A model generated the notes under the pieces. It had not been told where the DNA came from. It ran no database searches and saw only the letters and a list, made by a program, of their open reading frames with translations. From positions 1 through 64,000 of the IMG/VR virus record IMGVR_UViG_3300037205_000062: a DNA stretch of 64,000 nt. One strand, given 5' to 3'. The translations under genes were made by a program, and so were the position numbers. Positions 24,384 to 34,103 of this stretch are shown here, piece by piece; within the stretch, counting starts at the first letter, position 1, and every line of letters begins with the position of its first letter. Origin of the DNA: a virus.

Positions 24384-26234
24384 ATGCAAGATTTTAAATA
24401 TAAATCAATATTTGCTTCGGCTGTTAAATGTACAGTTAGCGAAGAGAAAGATTTAATTTTAGCTAAAGCATCTTTAGAAGAATTAAGAAAATCTATTCCC
24501 AACCTTCCTAAAGATAATGAAGCTTTTATGTATGTTGCCTTTCCAGCTTTCGTAGCTAATAGAGTTAACAAAAACGATGATGTTATAGATACAAAAACCG
24601 CATTGGCTATTTATAATAAATTTATACATAATCCTACGAATATAGAACATAAAAGACATAATGTTGTCGGTGTTATTGTATCGGCTGGATTCACTGAATT
24701 TGGAACAGATAAACCTTTAGATTATGAGCATATTAAAAATTCTAATTCACCTTTCAATATTACTTTGGGGGCTATCGTTTGGAAAATTATTAATCCTGAA
24801 TTTGCCAGCTTACTAGAAGAATCAAATGATCCTACTTCAGAAGATTTTATGTCTATTAGTGCGAGTTGGGAATTAGGTTTTCAAGAATATAATATAGTTG
24901 AACTTAACAAGACACAAAAAAATATTTTTGGAGGTAAAATTATTTCTGACGCATCTGAAATTGAAAAACTTTCTAAAACTTTAAGAATTAATGGAGGAAC
25001 TGGAGAAATAGATGGTAAAAGAATTTATAGAATGCCAAAAGACGATGTATTTCCTTTGGGTATTGGTTTTACCCAAAAACCAGCAGCCGATGTTAAAGGA
25101 GTTGCTACTATTACAACTGATAAAAAAAATAATGAAAATAGCGAGGCGGCTTTAACTGGCACTCCAGCTTATGATTTTTATTTTTGTCCTAATTGCCAAA
25201 AGGATATTCCTAAAGGGTCTAAATCTTTAGTTATTAATCCTTATGGTCATATAGAATGTCCTCAATGTCATACAACTAGTCCCACAGCTCAATGGAGTAA
25301 TAAACCTAGTAAAACAAATCCTAAATTAAAAGATGATAATAACAAAAAGGGTAATGTATCTCCTAATGAGTTAATTAAAGATGTAAGTGAAAAAAATGCT
25401 ATTATGAAAGCAGATGAACAAAAAAATTTAAAAAATATTTCACAATCTAATATTTCAAATGTAAAAATAGAAAGAAAACAATACGTTATGTTCAACACTA
25501 TCAAAGATATTACGGAAGAAAAAATTAAGCAAGCTGTAGCAGCCGAACAAGCAATTGCCACTCCTATTGCCGAATTACTTTCTGCTGAAATTAAAAAGGG
25601 TAATGAAGTTTGGTTGGCCGAAAAAAATCAACTAGTAGCTCAAAAACAAGAAATTGATAATAAGTTGGCGGCGGCTTCTCAAGAGAGCGAAAAAACAAAA
25701 GAAACTCTAAAACAGTTACAAGCTGAAATTACTAAACTTAATCAAGAAAAAACTGATAGAGAAGCGGTAGAAAATTTTAATGTTCGTATGGAAAAAGTAT
25801 CTCAAGCGTTTAGTTTTGACGAAGAACAAATGTCTGAAATAGTATCTGAAATTAAAGCTATTAAATCAGATGAAGAATTTACTAAGTGGGAAACTAAAGC
25901 TAAAAAACTTTTCAAACCTTTTAAGAAGAAAGACGGTAAAGACGGTAAAGATGGTAAAGACGGAGATGATAAAGACGATTCTTCTGATAAGTCAGATGCT
26001 TCTAAGAAGTCTAAAGCGGATGATGACATGGAAGCTAAAAAGAAAAAAATGAAAGATGGAGAAGCTGATCCACTTGGAAAAGAAGCTAAAGCAGCTATAG
26101 TTGATAATGCTTTGGATAATGCTAAGAAAGAAGCTGGTATTCCAAATTCACAAACAGCTCAAGAACAAACTTTTGTACAAAAATATGCAGCAGCATTTGC
26201 GATGGATCAAATGATAGTTAATACTCGTAGATAA
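24384..26234 (+). CDS. prohead protease-scaffold fusion
   Basis: NKNDD..., NIEH (His), SASWE (Ser) protease-like motifs; charged coiled-coil C-terminal half; upstream of decoration protein and MCP. Confidence 0.75.
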   Translation: MQDFKYKSIFASAVKCTVSEEKDLILAKASLEELRKSIPNLPKDNEAFMYVAFPAFVANRVNKNDDVIDTKTALAIYNKFIHNPTNIEHKRHNVVGVIVSAGFTEFGTDKPLDYEHIKNSNSPFNITLGAIVWKIINPEFASLLEESNDPTSEDFMSISASWELGFQEYNIVELNKTQKNIFGGKIISDASEIEKLSKTLRINGGTGEIDGKRIYRMPKDDVFPLGIGFTQKPAADVKGVATITTDKKNNENSEAALTGTPAYDFYFCPNCQKDIPKGSKSLVINPYGHIECPQCHTTSPTAQWSNKPSKTNPKLKDDNNKKGNVSPNELIKDVSEKNAIMKADEQKNLKNISQSNISNVKIERKQYVMFNTIKDITEEKIKQAVAAEQAIATPIAELLSAEIKKGNEVWLAEKNQLVAQKQEIDNKLAAASQESEKTKETLKQLQAEITKLNQEKTDREAVENFNVRMEKVSQAFSFDEEQMSEIVSEIKAIKSDEEFTKWETKAKKLFKPFKKKDGKDGKDGKDGDDKDDSSDKSDASKKSKADDDMEAKKKKMKDGEADPLGKEAKAAIVDNALDNAKKEAGIPNSQTAQEQTFVQKYAAAFAMDQMIVNTRR

Positions 26235-26257
26235 TAATTAAATAATAAAACAAATTT

Positions 26258-26923
26258 ATGGCAACACAACAAACATTAAGACCGTTTAGAGATTATAATG
26301 AAAAAGATGTTATTAATCTTTTCACTGTCTCTGGCGCACCAATTGATACAACCTATAATATTATAGCTACCAAAGGTTCAATTGTTAAAATCGTAGGTAG
26401 CGGTTTCGTTAATGATATTAACGACCCAGAAGGAATGATCGGAAACATGGGTCTATATAACGTGAACAACTTCGTTGGTCAACGTTATGGCGCTAATGCA
26501 TTTGTCGCTCTAGCTAACTCTGGAGATACAGCTATTGGTATGACTCTTTTTGATGTCCGTGAATTAGACGAAAACGGTGAATTCCTAAAGTATCGTCCAC
26601 AGAAGGCTGCCGAAATGGAAGCCGTATTATCTGGACAAGTAGTTCCTATCGTTACTCGTGGCCGTTTTATTATTAGCGGTATCCAAACTGGTAATGGATT
26701 CGGTGGAGTTGGTACTGCAATTACTGCTGGTTCCCCAATTTATGTGGGAACTAATGGCGCTATCGCAACATCATATAACACTGGAGTTTTAACTAATCCA
26801 CCTGTTATTGGACATTTTCTTGGTACTGCTGGTTGGCCTTACGGTACTGGTGGTTCAACTGCTTCTCAAAATAGTTATGGTGATAGTACAACCACAGCAT
26901 TAGTACAATTAAGTATCGCCTAA
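26258..26923 (+). CDS. capsid decoration/cement protein
   Basis: Position between scaffold and MCP; Gly-rich beta content; highly expressed codon style. Confidence 0.6.
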   Translation: MATQQTLRPFRDYNEKDVINLFTVSGAPIDTTYNIIATKGSIVKIVGSGFVNDINDPEGMIGNMGLYNVNNFVGQRYGANAFVALANSGDTAIGMTLFDVRELDENGEFLKYRPQKAAEMEAVLSGQVVPIVTRGRFIISGIQTGNGFGGVGTAITAGSPIYVGTNGAIATSYNTGVLTNPPVIGHFLGTAGWPYGTGGSTASQNSYGDSTTTALVQLSIA

Positions 26924-26950
26924 TCATAAAAATAATAAGGAAAATTTAAT

Positions 26951-28096
26951 ATGCAAATTAAACTAAAAAATACACCAGAACAGATAGAGCTTATTAAGGC
27001 CATGGGGTCTAAGAATGCTACTGTTGCCCGTGAAGCCACTGAGGCTGTAGCAACATTTCTTGGTCCAGTAATCCGCCAAGTTCTTGAAACCGCTGGTACT
27101 GCCGCCCAGATTTATCGTGACATTGAATTTGATGAAGATTCTGATCCATCAATTCCATTAGATTTGTTCTTTGATCAAGGTACTGGTTATGTTACTGTGT
27201 GGTCACAACATATGGCTGGTGGTCTTCCTACTTCTCAAACTGAAGGTGTTAAGGAATTAAAGTTTAGTACTTATCGTCTTGATTCTGCTGTTTCTTTTAA
27301 TAAGAAATATGCTCGTAAAAGTCGTTTGGATGTAGTAAGCAAATCTATTGAACGTATGGTTCAAGAAGTCTTGATCAAACAAGAAAAGAATGCTTGGGCT
27401 GTTGTCCTTAAGGCGCTTGCTGAAGCTTGGACTCGTACAGTTAATACTGGTCTTCTACAACACGTTATTGCTGGCGGTAATGCTGGTCAATTCGTATTAA
27501 ATGACTTAAACAACTTAATGATTCGTATCAAGAGGATTAATGAATCATTCTCTGGTAACACAGCTACTCAACCTTTCTCAACTGGTATTACTGATTTGTA
27601 TGTTTCACCTGAAGTAAAGGCTTTGATCCGTGCATTTGCTTACAATCCAATTAATACTACCGCTAGTGCTTCTGGAAACCGTGCTGGTCAAGATCAATGG
27701 ATTACTGAAAATCTTCGTAATGAAATTTATCAGAATGGTGGTATGCAATCTATCTTCGGTATTAATATTGTTGAAATGATCGAATTTGGTCTAAATCAAA
27801 AGTATAATACTTTGTTCGGTTCTTTTGCTGGTGGTAACTCACAAGGTAACTTACCTGCTCCAGGTGGTAGCTGGTCAACAACTGTTAATCAAATTTTGGT
27901 TGGTATTGATAATACTCGCGGTTCTTTCTTACGTCCTGTAGCTCGTCAAGCTGAATCTGGTGGTACATTTAATGTTCTCCCCGACGGTCAATTTGACATG
28001 TACGGTAGCAGAGTTGAGAAGATTGGATTCTATGGCTTCCTTGAGGAAGGCAGAGTATGTCTCGATGCCCGCGCAATTGCAGGTATTGCTATCTAA
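26951..28096 (+). CDS. major capsid protein
   Basis: 381 aa, AAGGA RBS, strongly biased codons (CGT, GCT, GGT), LYVSPE-type HK97-fold motif, followed by a terminator. Confidence 0.85.
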   Translation: MQIKLKNTPEQIELIKAMGSKNATVAREATEAVATFLGPVIRQVLETAGTAAQIYRDIEFDEDSDPSIPLDLFFDQGTGYVTVWSQHMAGGLPTSQTEGVKELKFSTYRLDSAVSFNKKYARKSRLDVVSKSIERMVQEVLIKQEKNAWAVVLKALAEAWTRTVNTGLLQHVIAGGNAGQFVLNDLNNLMIRIKRINESFSGNTATQPFSTGITDLYVSPEVKALIRAFAYNPINTTASASGNRAGQDQWITENLRNEIYQNGGMQSIFGINIVEMIEFGLNQKYNTLFGSFAGGNSQGNLPAPGGSWSTTVNQILVGIDNTRGSFLRPVARQAESGGTFNVLPDGQFDMYGSRVEKIGFYGFLEEGRVCLDARAIAGIAI

Positions 28097-28116
28097 TTAG
28101 TTTCAAAATTAAAATT

Positions 28117-28145
28117 AGAGAGATAAGAAATTATCTCTCTTTTTT
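28117..28145 (+). terminator. Rho-independent terminator after MCP
   Basis: AGAGAGATAA-gaaa-TTATCTCTCT plus T-run. Confidence 0.85.
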
Positions 28146-28204
28146 ATTTGACAAATTTCCCCATCTTTTTATTGAAAATTAAGGTATAATTATTATTATA
28201 TAAT

Positions 28205-28537
28205 ATGTCAAAGAAAAAAATTATTGAAATAACTGGTAAGGAAGAAACTTTTGAGCCTACTACTTTAGATGAAATTATGGGTTTTAATCAAATGTCACGT
28301 TACAACACTCTAAGTTTAGAAGATTATCAAAAAAAATTAGATGAAATGAATCGTGCTGATTTAGAACAAGAAGCTCGTTACGTTGGAGCTATAATTGTTG
28401 AAAGTACGGAACGTTTGCGCGCAAATTTAGTTAAAGAATTTAACTCTTATATTAATTCTCTTCGCAGGCCAAAACACATTTCAAAACCAATTACTATTTC
28501 TAAAGAAGTAGAAAAAATTCTCAAAGAAGGTCGATAA
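28205..28537 (+). CDS. hypothetical helical protein
   Basis: 110-aa ORF after MCP. Confidence 0.75.
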   Translation: MSKKKIIEITGKEETFEPTTLDEIMGFNQMSRYNTLSLEDYQKKLDEMNRADLEQEARYVGAIIVESTERLRANLVKEFNSYINSLRRPKHISKPITISKEVEKILKEGR

Positions 28538-28564
28538 TATTTCGGTTTTCATATTTATTAAATT

Positions 28565-28600
28565 AAAGGCACCTAATCACTAGGTGTCTTTATTGTTTTT
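28565..28600 (+). terminator. Rho-independent terminator
   Basis: AAAGGCACCTA-atcac-TAGGTGTCTTT plus T-rich tail. Confidence 0.75.
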
Positions 28601-28607
28601 GTGTAAT
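28601..28607 (+). promoter_or_regulatory. GTGTAAT putative late promoter
   Basis: Recurrent motif immediately after a terminator. Confidence 0.6.
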
Positions 28608-28658
28608 CTAATGTATAAATATTAAATTTTTTTATTTTAGGTCAAAGCAATAATATCT

Positions 28659-30650
28659 ATGTTCGATAACCTTATTAAGTTATACCAGTTAGAAACTTCT
28701 GAACTTTCAGGATTTATAGTTGAATTAATAGATGATTTTATTTTAACTACTGGAGTTACATATAATACATATATTAATTCTGGCGCTGTTTTAACTGGAC
28801 AAACTGGTAATTTCATTGATATAAACCACTTAAATTCTACAGTTGCTTCAATTAATTTACAAAATAGTTTTACTTATTATCCTCTAACTAATCCAAGTGG
28901 ATTTATCACAACTGGTTATCTTTCTGGGGCATTAGCTAATTTTAGTGGAGGAAGTGGTGGAAACATTAACACAGGAAATTTTGTTACCACAGGGCAAACT
29001 GGAGTTTTTATTACTACGGGAAAGTTTCCAGATTTAATAGATGTCAGTCAAAAAATAGGAATAAATACACTTACCCCTCAATATCAATTAGATATATATG
29101 GAACACCCAATGCTGTTATCGGTAATAGTAATGGGGATATATGTCTTGTAGGTTCTAATAATGGAGTAGGCATTAATCAAATAAATCCTCAATATACATT
29201 AGATGTTGGTGGGGAAGGTAATTTTGGAACTAATATTTTAATTAGCGGAATATCTATTTACGATATATTTTATCCATATTCTTCGAATCCATCTGGATAC
29301 ATTAAATCATTAAATACTGTTTCAGTTACAAGCGGTATAGTTTTTATAACTGGTTCTCCATATCCCTTTGGATTATTTAGTGTTAATATCCCTGAACAAT
29401 CTGTATTATTAGGAGATTCTATAGGCTCGGTAAACGAAACTTATCTTGATATAAGTGATTATAGTCAAAATATTCAAATTAATGCTAACAATGGTGTTCA
29501 AATACAAGTTGGTTCTCCTGGGGTAACTATTAATGGTTCTAAAATAATTGTCGCTAATCAAACTGGGGCATTTTATCCTAACATAGGAAATCCAAGCGGA
29601 TTTATATTACCAAGTCAAACTGGAAGATTTGTAACTACTGGACAAACTGGCGCTTTTTCTTCAGTAGCATCTTTACAAAGTTTATCGGGATATATATTTA
29701 ATTTTAATCCATGGTTGGTTTATACTACTGGCGCGCAAACTATTTCGGGTGCTAAAACTTTTGTTTCTCCATTTAATGTTCATCTATCTGGCGGACATTT
29801 ACAATTAGATAATTCTAATTTTGCACTATTAGATCAAAATAATGTATCGTCAGTAAATATTAATACTAGAAATTCAATAGACGCAAACGGTGTACCTTCT
29901 ATAGATTGGACTAATAGATATTTACGAGATTATACTTCTTTAGCTTCTTTAGATTGGAATAACAGATTGTTATTAGACAATAATTTAATTAGTTCTATAA
30001 ATTGGGATAACAGATTGTTATTAGATAATTTTGGAAATATTTCTATAGATTGGAAAAATAAAATTTTATCAGGTAATTGGTTAATTCAGTCAGCTACAAT
30101 TCTTTCTGGAGTAAATGGTGGTGGCACAGGATCATTTGGTTTTATAACTGGATTATTTAATATAAGTGGTGCCAGTGGCATTTCTGTTTATAATACTGGT
30201 AATACTATTGTTATTAATTATACTGGTAATAATAGTGTATTTGGAAATTTTAATATTACTGGTATTCAAGGAATTACTGTAGCAGCTTCGGGTCAAAATA
30301 TTATTATCGGAAATACGGGTGGTGGAGTATTTGGAAATTTTTCAGTTATAGGAAATGATAATTTATATGTGTCTGGTTCTGGTCAAAATATTTATATAGG
30401 AGAAAATATAGGAACTCGTTCTACTGGATTTTATACTATTTTACCTAGTGGAATTAATAATACTGGTATAATATTTAGTCATAACATTCCTAGTCAACCA
30501 GTTTGTTGTATATGCGATATAGAAAATAATATAGATAATTCTACATACCAACACTTCATAAATAGTGTAAGTACAAGTGGATTTAATATATATTTTTCTG
30601 ACCTTTTGTTTGTGTCTGGATACAGATTACATACGATGGTTATGTGGTAA
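28659..30650 (+). CDS. virion fibre/spike protein
   Basis: IGIN..PQY.LD repeats, NPSGFI/TGQTG repeats, 16-aa SIDWxNRLL repeats, lectin-like C-terminal domain. Confidence 0.75.
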   Translation: MFDNLIKLYQLETSELSGFIVELIDDFILTTGVTYNTYINSGAVLTGQTGNFIDINHLNSTVASINLQNSFTYYPLTNPSGFITTGYLSGALANFSGGSGGNINTGNFVTTGQTGVFITTGKFPDLIDVSQKIGINTLTPQYQLDIYGTPNAVIGNSNGDICLVGSNNGVGINQINPQYTLDVGGEGNFGTNILISGISIYDIFYPYSSNPSGYIKSLNTVSVTSGIVFITGSPYPFGLFSVNIPEQSVLLGDSIGSVNETYLDISDYSQNIQINANNGVQIQVGSPGVTINGSKIIVANQTGAFYPNIGNPSGFILPSQTGRFVTTGQTGAFSSVASLQSLSGYIFNFNPWLVYTTGAQTISGAKTFVSPFNVHLSGGHLQLDNSNFALLDQNNVSSVNINTRNSIDANGVPSIDWTNRYLRDYTSLASLDWNNRLLLDNNLISSINWDNRLLLDNFGNISIDWKNKILSGNWLIQSATILSGVNGGGTGSFGFITGLFNISGASGISVYNTGNTIVINYTGNNSVFGNFNITGIQGITVAASGQNIIIGNTGGGVFGNFSVIGNDNLYVSGSGQNIYIGENIGTRSTGFYTILPSGINNTGIIFSHNIPSQPVCCICDIENNIDNSTYQHFINSVSTSGFNIYFSDLLFVSGYRLHTMVMW

Positions 30651-30656
30651 ATTTTT

Positions 30657-32258
30657 ATGATAGCATCATTTAATCAAATTTCATTAACAAATAATTTAGT
30701 ATCGGCATCAGGGGGAATTCTTACCGTTGGCCCTAATACTGTTGTAAATACAAATCAAACTGGTTTATTTTCTCCAAGTATTTTAAAGTCTGGATTTGTA
30801 GCAACACGCGGACTTTTTAACGAAGCATTTACCGCTGGCAATAATCAAATGATGTCAAGAACAAGCCATACCGCTAAAGATAATATTAATCAGGCATCTA
30901 TTGCGTTTGGAAATTTTGTTTTAGATTCAAGTTCTCCTCTTAATGCAAATTCTGGTCAAATTTGCGCTTCATTTGAATATCCAAGTGGCACTTATACTCA
31001 AGTACTTTTTAATGGGCAACAAACTGGTGTTATACAAAATGGAGGTATGATTATTTCTGATCCAATAACATTAGTAACTGGCATTCCTAATAATGAACAA
31101 TTTTGGATTCGTTCGTGGTTTTCATCTTCTGGTGGGATTTGGTATTCCAATTATGGTTGGGCTAGTGGTGGAGAAGGTTCTAATTTTGGAGCTACTACTC
31201 CAAATCTTGTAACTGGTGGTGGTATTACTCCTCAAAGTATTACATTTTTTCCATTAGCAATTATCGGGCCAACAACTAAAACTTCCGTATTATTATTAGG
31301 TGATAGTAGATTAAGGGGATTATACGATTCAATAGATGCGCAAATGGCTATGGGGTATAGCAGAGTAATAGATAGATATTATGGTAGTTGTAATTGTTCT
31401 CAACCAGGCGCATATTTATCTAATTTTCCAACTAATCATACTAATCAATTAACTTTAGCGCCATATGCCACTCATATTATTACTAATCTTGGTATTAATG
31501 ATTTTCTTTTAGGTTCTAGTACCTTTAACCAGTTTATGGTTAATGTTAATACGTTTATTAACGCTTTTTCTGGAAACATACCTATTTATTGGCAGACGAT
31601 TTATCCTTCCGCAACTAGTAGTGATAATTATACCTCTTATACTGGTCAATCTTTAACCAATGGTAATTCGTATAGAGTACAATTTAATGATTATTTAAGA
31701 AATTATAATTTTTCAGGATTGGCTGGTTATATTGAAATTTCTGATGTAGTTGAACCATATAGAGATGCTGGAATATTTATTGTTAATGGGACACCAAATT
31801 TTTATTCGACAGATGGATTACATTTAAATCAAACTGGTTATTTATTAATTCGTGATGCTTGTGGTAATCCTTTTAGTGAAGGAAAAAACTTTTTACCTGT
31901 TGTTGGGGGCGCAGTAAATGGTCCAGTTACATTTAATAATAATTCAACTTTTTTTAGTGGCATATCAATGATTGGAAATGTTACTTATAGTCCTATTTTA
32001 ATTTCTGGGACTCAATTATTATCAAATAGTTCTTTTTATGTATTTACGGGTGGCAGTGGTATAATTTGGACTTTGCCAGCATTAAATTCTTGTACTGGAA
32101 GACTTTATTATCTAAAAAATAGAGGAAGTGTTACAATTACTTTATCTGGAAATGGAACAGATAAAATTTATTCAAATGTATCATCAAGTACTTTTTCAAT
32201 AAATCCTGGAGAAGCGTATACAATGATAAATGATGGACAATATTGGACAACTAATTAA
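30657..32258 (+). CDS. SGNH/GDSL esterase-domain virion protein
   Basis: Block I LLGDS, block III LGIND, block V DGLH. Confidence 0.85.
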   Translation: MIASFNQISLTNNLVSASGGILTVGPNTVVNTNQTGLFSPSILKSGFVATRGLFNEAFTAGNNQMMSRTSHTAKDNINQASIAFGNFVLDSSSPLNANSGQICASFEYPSGTYTQVLFNGQQTGVIQNGGMIISDPITLVTGIPNNEQFWIRSWFSSSGGIWYSNYGWASGGEGSNFGATTPNLVTGGGITPQSITFFPLAIIGPTTKTSVLLLGDSRLRGLYDSIDAQMAMGYSRVIDRYYGSCNCSQPGAYLSNFPTNHTNQLTLAPYATHIITNLGINDFLLGSSTFNQFMVNVNTFINAFSGNIPIYWQTIYPSATSSDNYTSYTGQSLTNGNSYRVQFNDYLRNYNFSGLAGYIEISDVVEPYRDAGIFIVNGTPNFYSTDGLHLNQTGYLLIRDACGNPFSEGKNFLPVVGGAVNGPVTFNNNSTFFSGISMIGNVTYSPILISGTQLLSNSSFYVFTGGSGIIWTLPALNSCTGRLYYLKNRGSVTITLSGNGTDKIYSNVSSSTFSINPGEAYTMINDGQYWTTN

Positions 32259-32263
32259 TAATA

Positions 32264-34093
32264 ATGTATAATATGAAGATGTTAAAAAATAAAATGTTAA
32301 AGATAATTATTGGATTTTTATTCTTGACTGGGATTTCTCTTTGTCCAGTTTATGCTGCATATATTCCACCAATACCAAATCTTGTTACTAATTTTACCTT
32401 TATTTCACCGATGCAATATGGTGCAGTTGGTAACGGTATAGCAAATGATACTTTGGCTTTGAGCAATTCAGTTACCGCCATGAACGCGGGCAACATCCTG
32501 ATATGGGATGGGCAGGGGCAGACGTATTATATCACATCTGGAGTTGCTTGGACTGGGGGACATATTGAAATTAGGAATGCAACCATAGTAGTCCCTAGTA
32601 ATTTCGTTGGGTCAGTGTTTATACACAGCCAATCAATACAAGGACAGTTAGGCAATGGAGCTTATTATCACGGTCTAACAATTGAGAGACAAGGAACAAA
32701 TGCCCCCGATCCATCCGTTGTAGGTATCCAAAATGGGGTATTAGGATTTAGCTATTTCGAAGATTTAAAAACAGAATTTGTTCACTTTTCAAACCTCTGG
32801 AGGAATGTAGAGATTATTAATACACCGCAATTCGATATTAGACATTGTATGATGGGTAACTGTTGGAGCAACAAGGTTTATGTGGCCCAGTCGGTTGCAC
32901 AATCGCAGACGTCGAGCGAGGGCGGTGACGAGAGCATAATCACGCTGAACGACATGAACACCCTGGATGACAATAATTCTTCACCGACCAGTGTTGTTGA
33001 TTCACAACGTCATAATTGCATCGACATACAATTAGACGCCTACTGCCTCCACCTAGAGGTTTCGTACAACAACGGGGGAAGTGATAAACAGGCGGTGAAA
33101 GTTTCGCCATGGGTAGGTGGTAGTACCTTATTCTTTAGGGGCGGTGAGTATGAAGGTATGTTCGCCAATTATCCCACAAATCTTTGCGAATTTGAGATCT
33201 GGAATAGCGTTGTTCATTTTGAAGATTGTCATATTGCAGGAAATGGAGTATTTGGAACGAGTAATTATCTTGCCGCTATTGGGTTATATGCTACAAATGG
33301 TCAACATATTAGTTTTCGATCAGATACTTTTTATGGGGCATTTCCGAATGAAACTAATGTATTCGACATTTGGACTGCGGATGGATTCCTGGGCAACCTC
33401 GATTTCATCCAGTTTCCTCAATACTTGTCAGCCAATCAGTGCGGTTTTACGTGGCATACAAACTTGAATGATGTAGGGGTAAATTATCCGCTTCAACAGA
33501 CGGTGCCGACAACAATTAGCGGGACAAATACGATAGTTTGGGCACCAGGCCAGGGCACGGTGACAATCGGCACGGCGAATTGCATGGTTGCAGTGAATGA
33601 AAATGGTGTCGGACAATATTGCACGTTCGGTAATGAGGCAAATTTCAACAATGGATTTCTATCGTTGGGGAATGCTTATTTTAATAACGGAGTCACGGAA
33701 AACGGAGGAAGACCAGACATGTCGGTCAATGCTCCTTATTCTCACGTCTTAGACTTTTTTGTGCAATCATCAGGTTTATCAGATTCACACTGGGTTAACG
33801 GGACAAATTGGGTAGCAGATGTTGTTGATTATACCAATCAAGCTAATGTATTTGCTGGTTCAATTGGTATTTACGCTACCAATCAAGCAACTATGACTTC
33901 TACAGGTTATACTAACAATAATACCTATGATGTTAGAGTATTCAATCTTCAAGGTACTACTATTATATTTAGTAATAACGTTAGTACCGCCAATGCTATT
34001 ATCGGTACAATTTCGGTTAATAATGACTTTCTAACATTACATCCTCACGAAATGCTTTATGGTACTGGTATGAGTGGTAGTATCATACAATAA
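32264..34093 (+). CDS. signal-peptide parallel beta-helix (pectate lyase 3-like) protein
   Basis: KIIIGFLFLTGISLCPVYA signal-like N-terminus; SPMQYGAVGNGIANDTLAL motif. Confidence 0.7.
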   Translation: MYNMKMLKNKMLKIIIGFLFLTGISLCPVYAAYIPPIPNLVTNFTFISPMQYGAVGNGIANDTLALSNSVTAMNAGNILIWDGQGQTYYITSGVAWTGGHIEIRNATIVVPSNFVGSVFIHSQSIQGQLGNGAYYHGLTIERQGTNAPDPSVVGIQNGVLGFSYFEDLKTEFVHFSNLWRNVEIINTPQFDIRHCMMGNCWSNKVYVAQSVAQSQTSSEGGDESIITLNDMNTLDDNNSSPTSVVDSQRHNCIDIQLDAYCLHLEVSYNNGGSDKQAVKVSPWVGGSTLFFRGGEYEGMFANYPTNLCEFEIWNSVVHFEDCHIAGNGVFGTSNYLAAIGLYATNGQHISFRSDTFYGAFPNETNVFDIWTADGFLGNLDFIQFPQYLSANQCGFTWHTNLNDVGVNYPLQQTVPTTISGTNTIVWAPGQGTVTIGTANCMVAVNENGVGQYCTFGNEANFNNGFLSLGNAYFNNGVTENGGRPDMSVNAPYSHVLDFFVQSSGLSDSHWVNGTNWVADVVDYTNQANVFAGSIGIYATNQATMTSTGYTNNNTYDVRVFNLQGTTIIFSNNVSTANAIIGTISVNNDFLTLHPHEMLYGTGMSGSIIQ

Positions 34094-34103
34094 TATATAA
34101 TTT

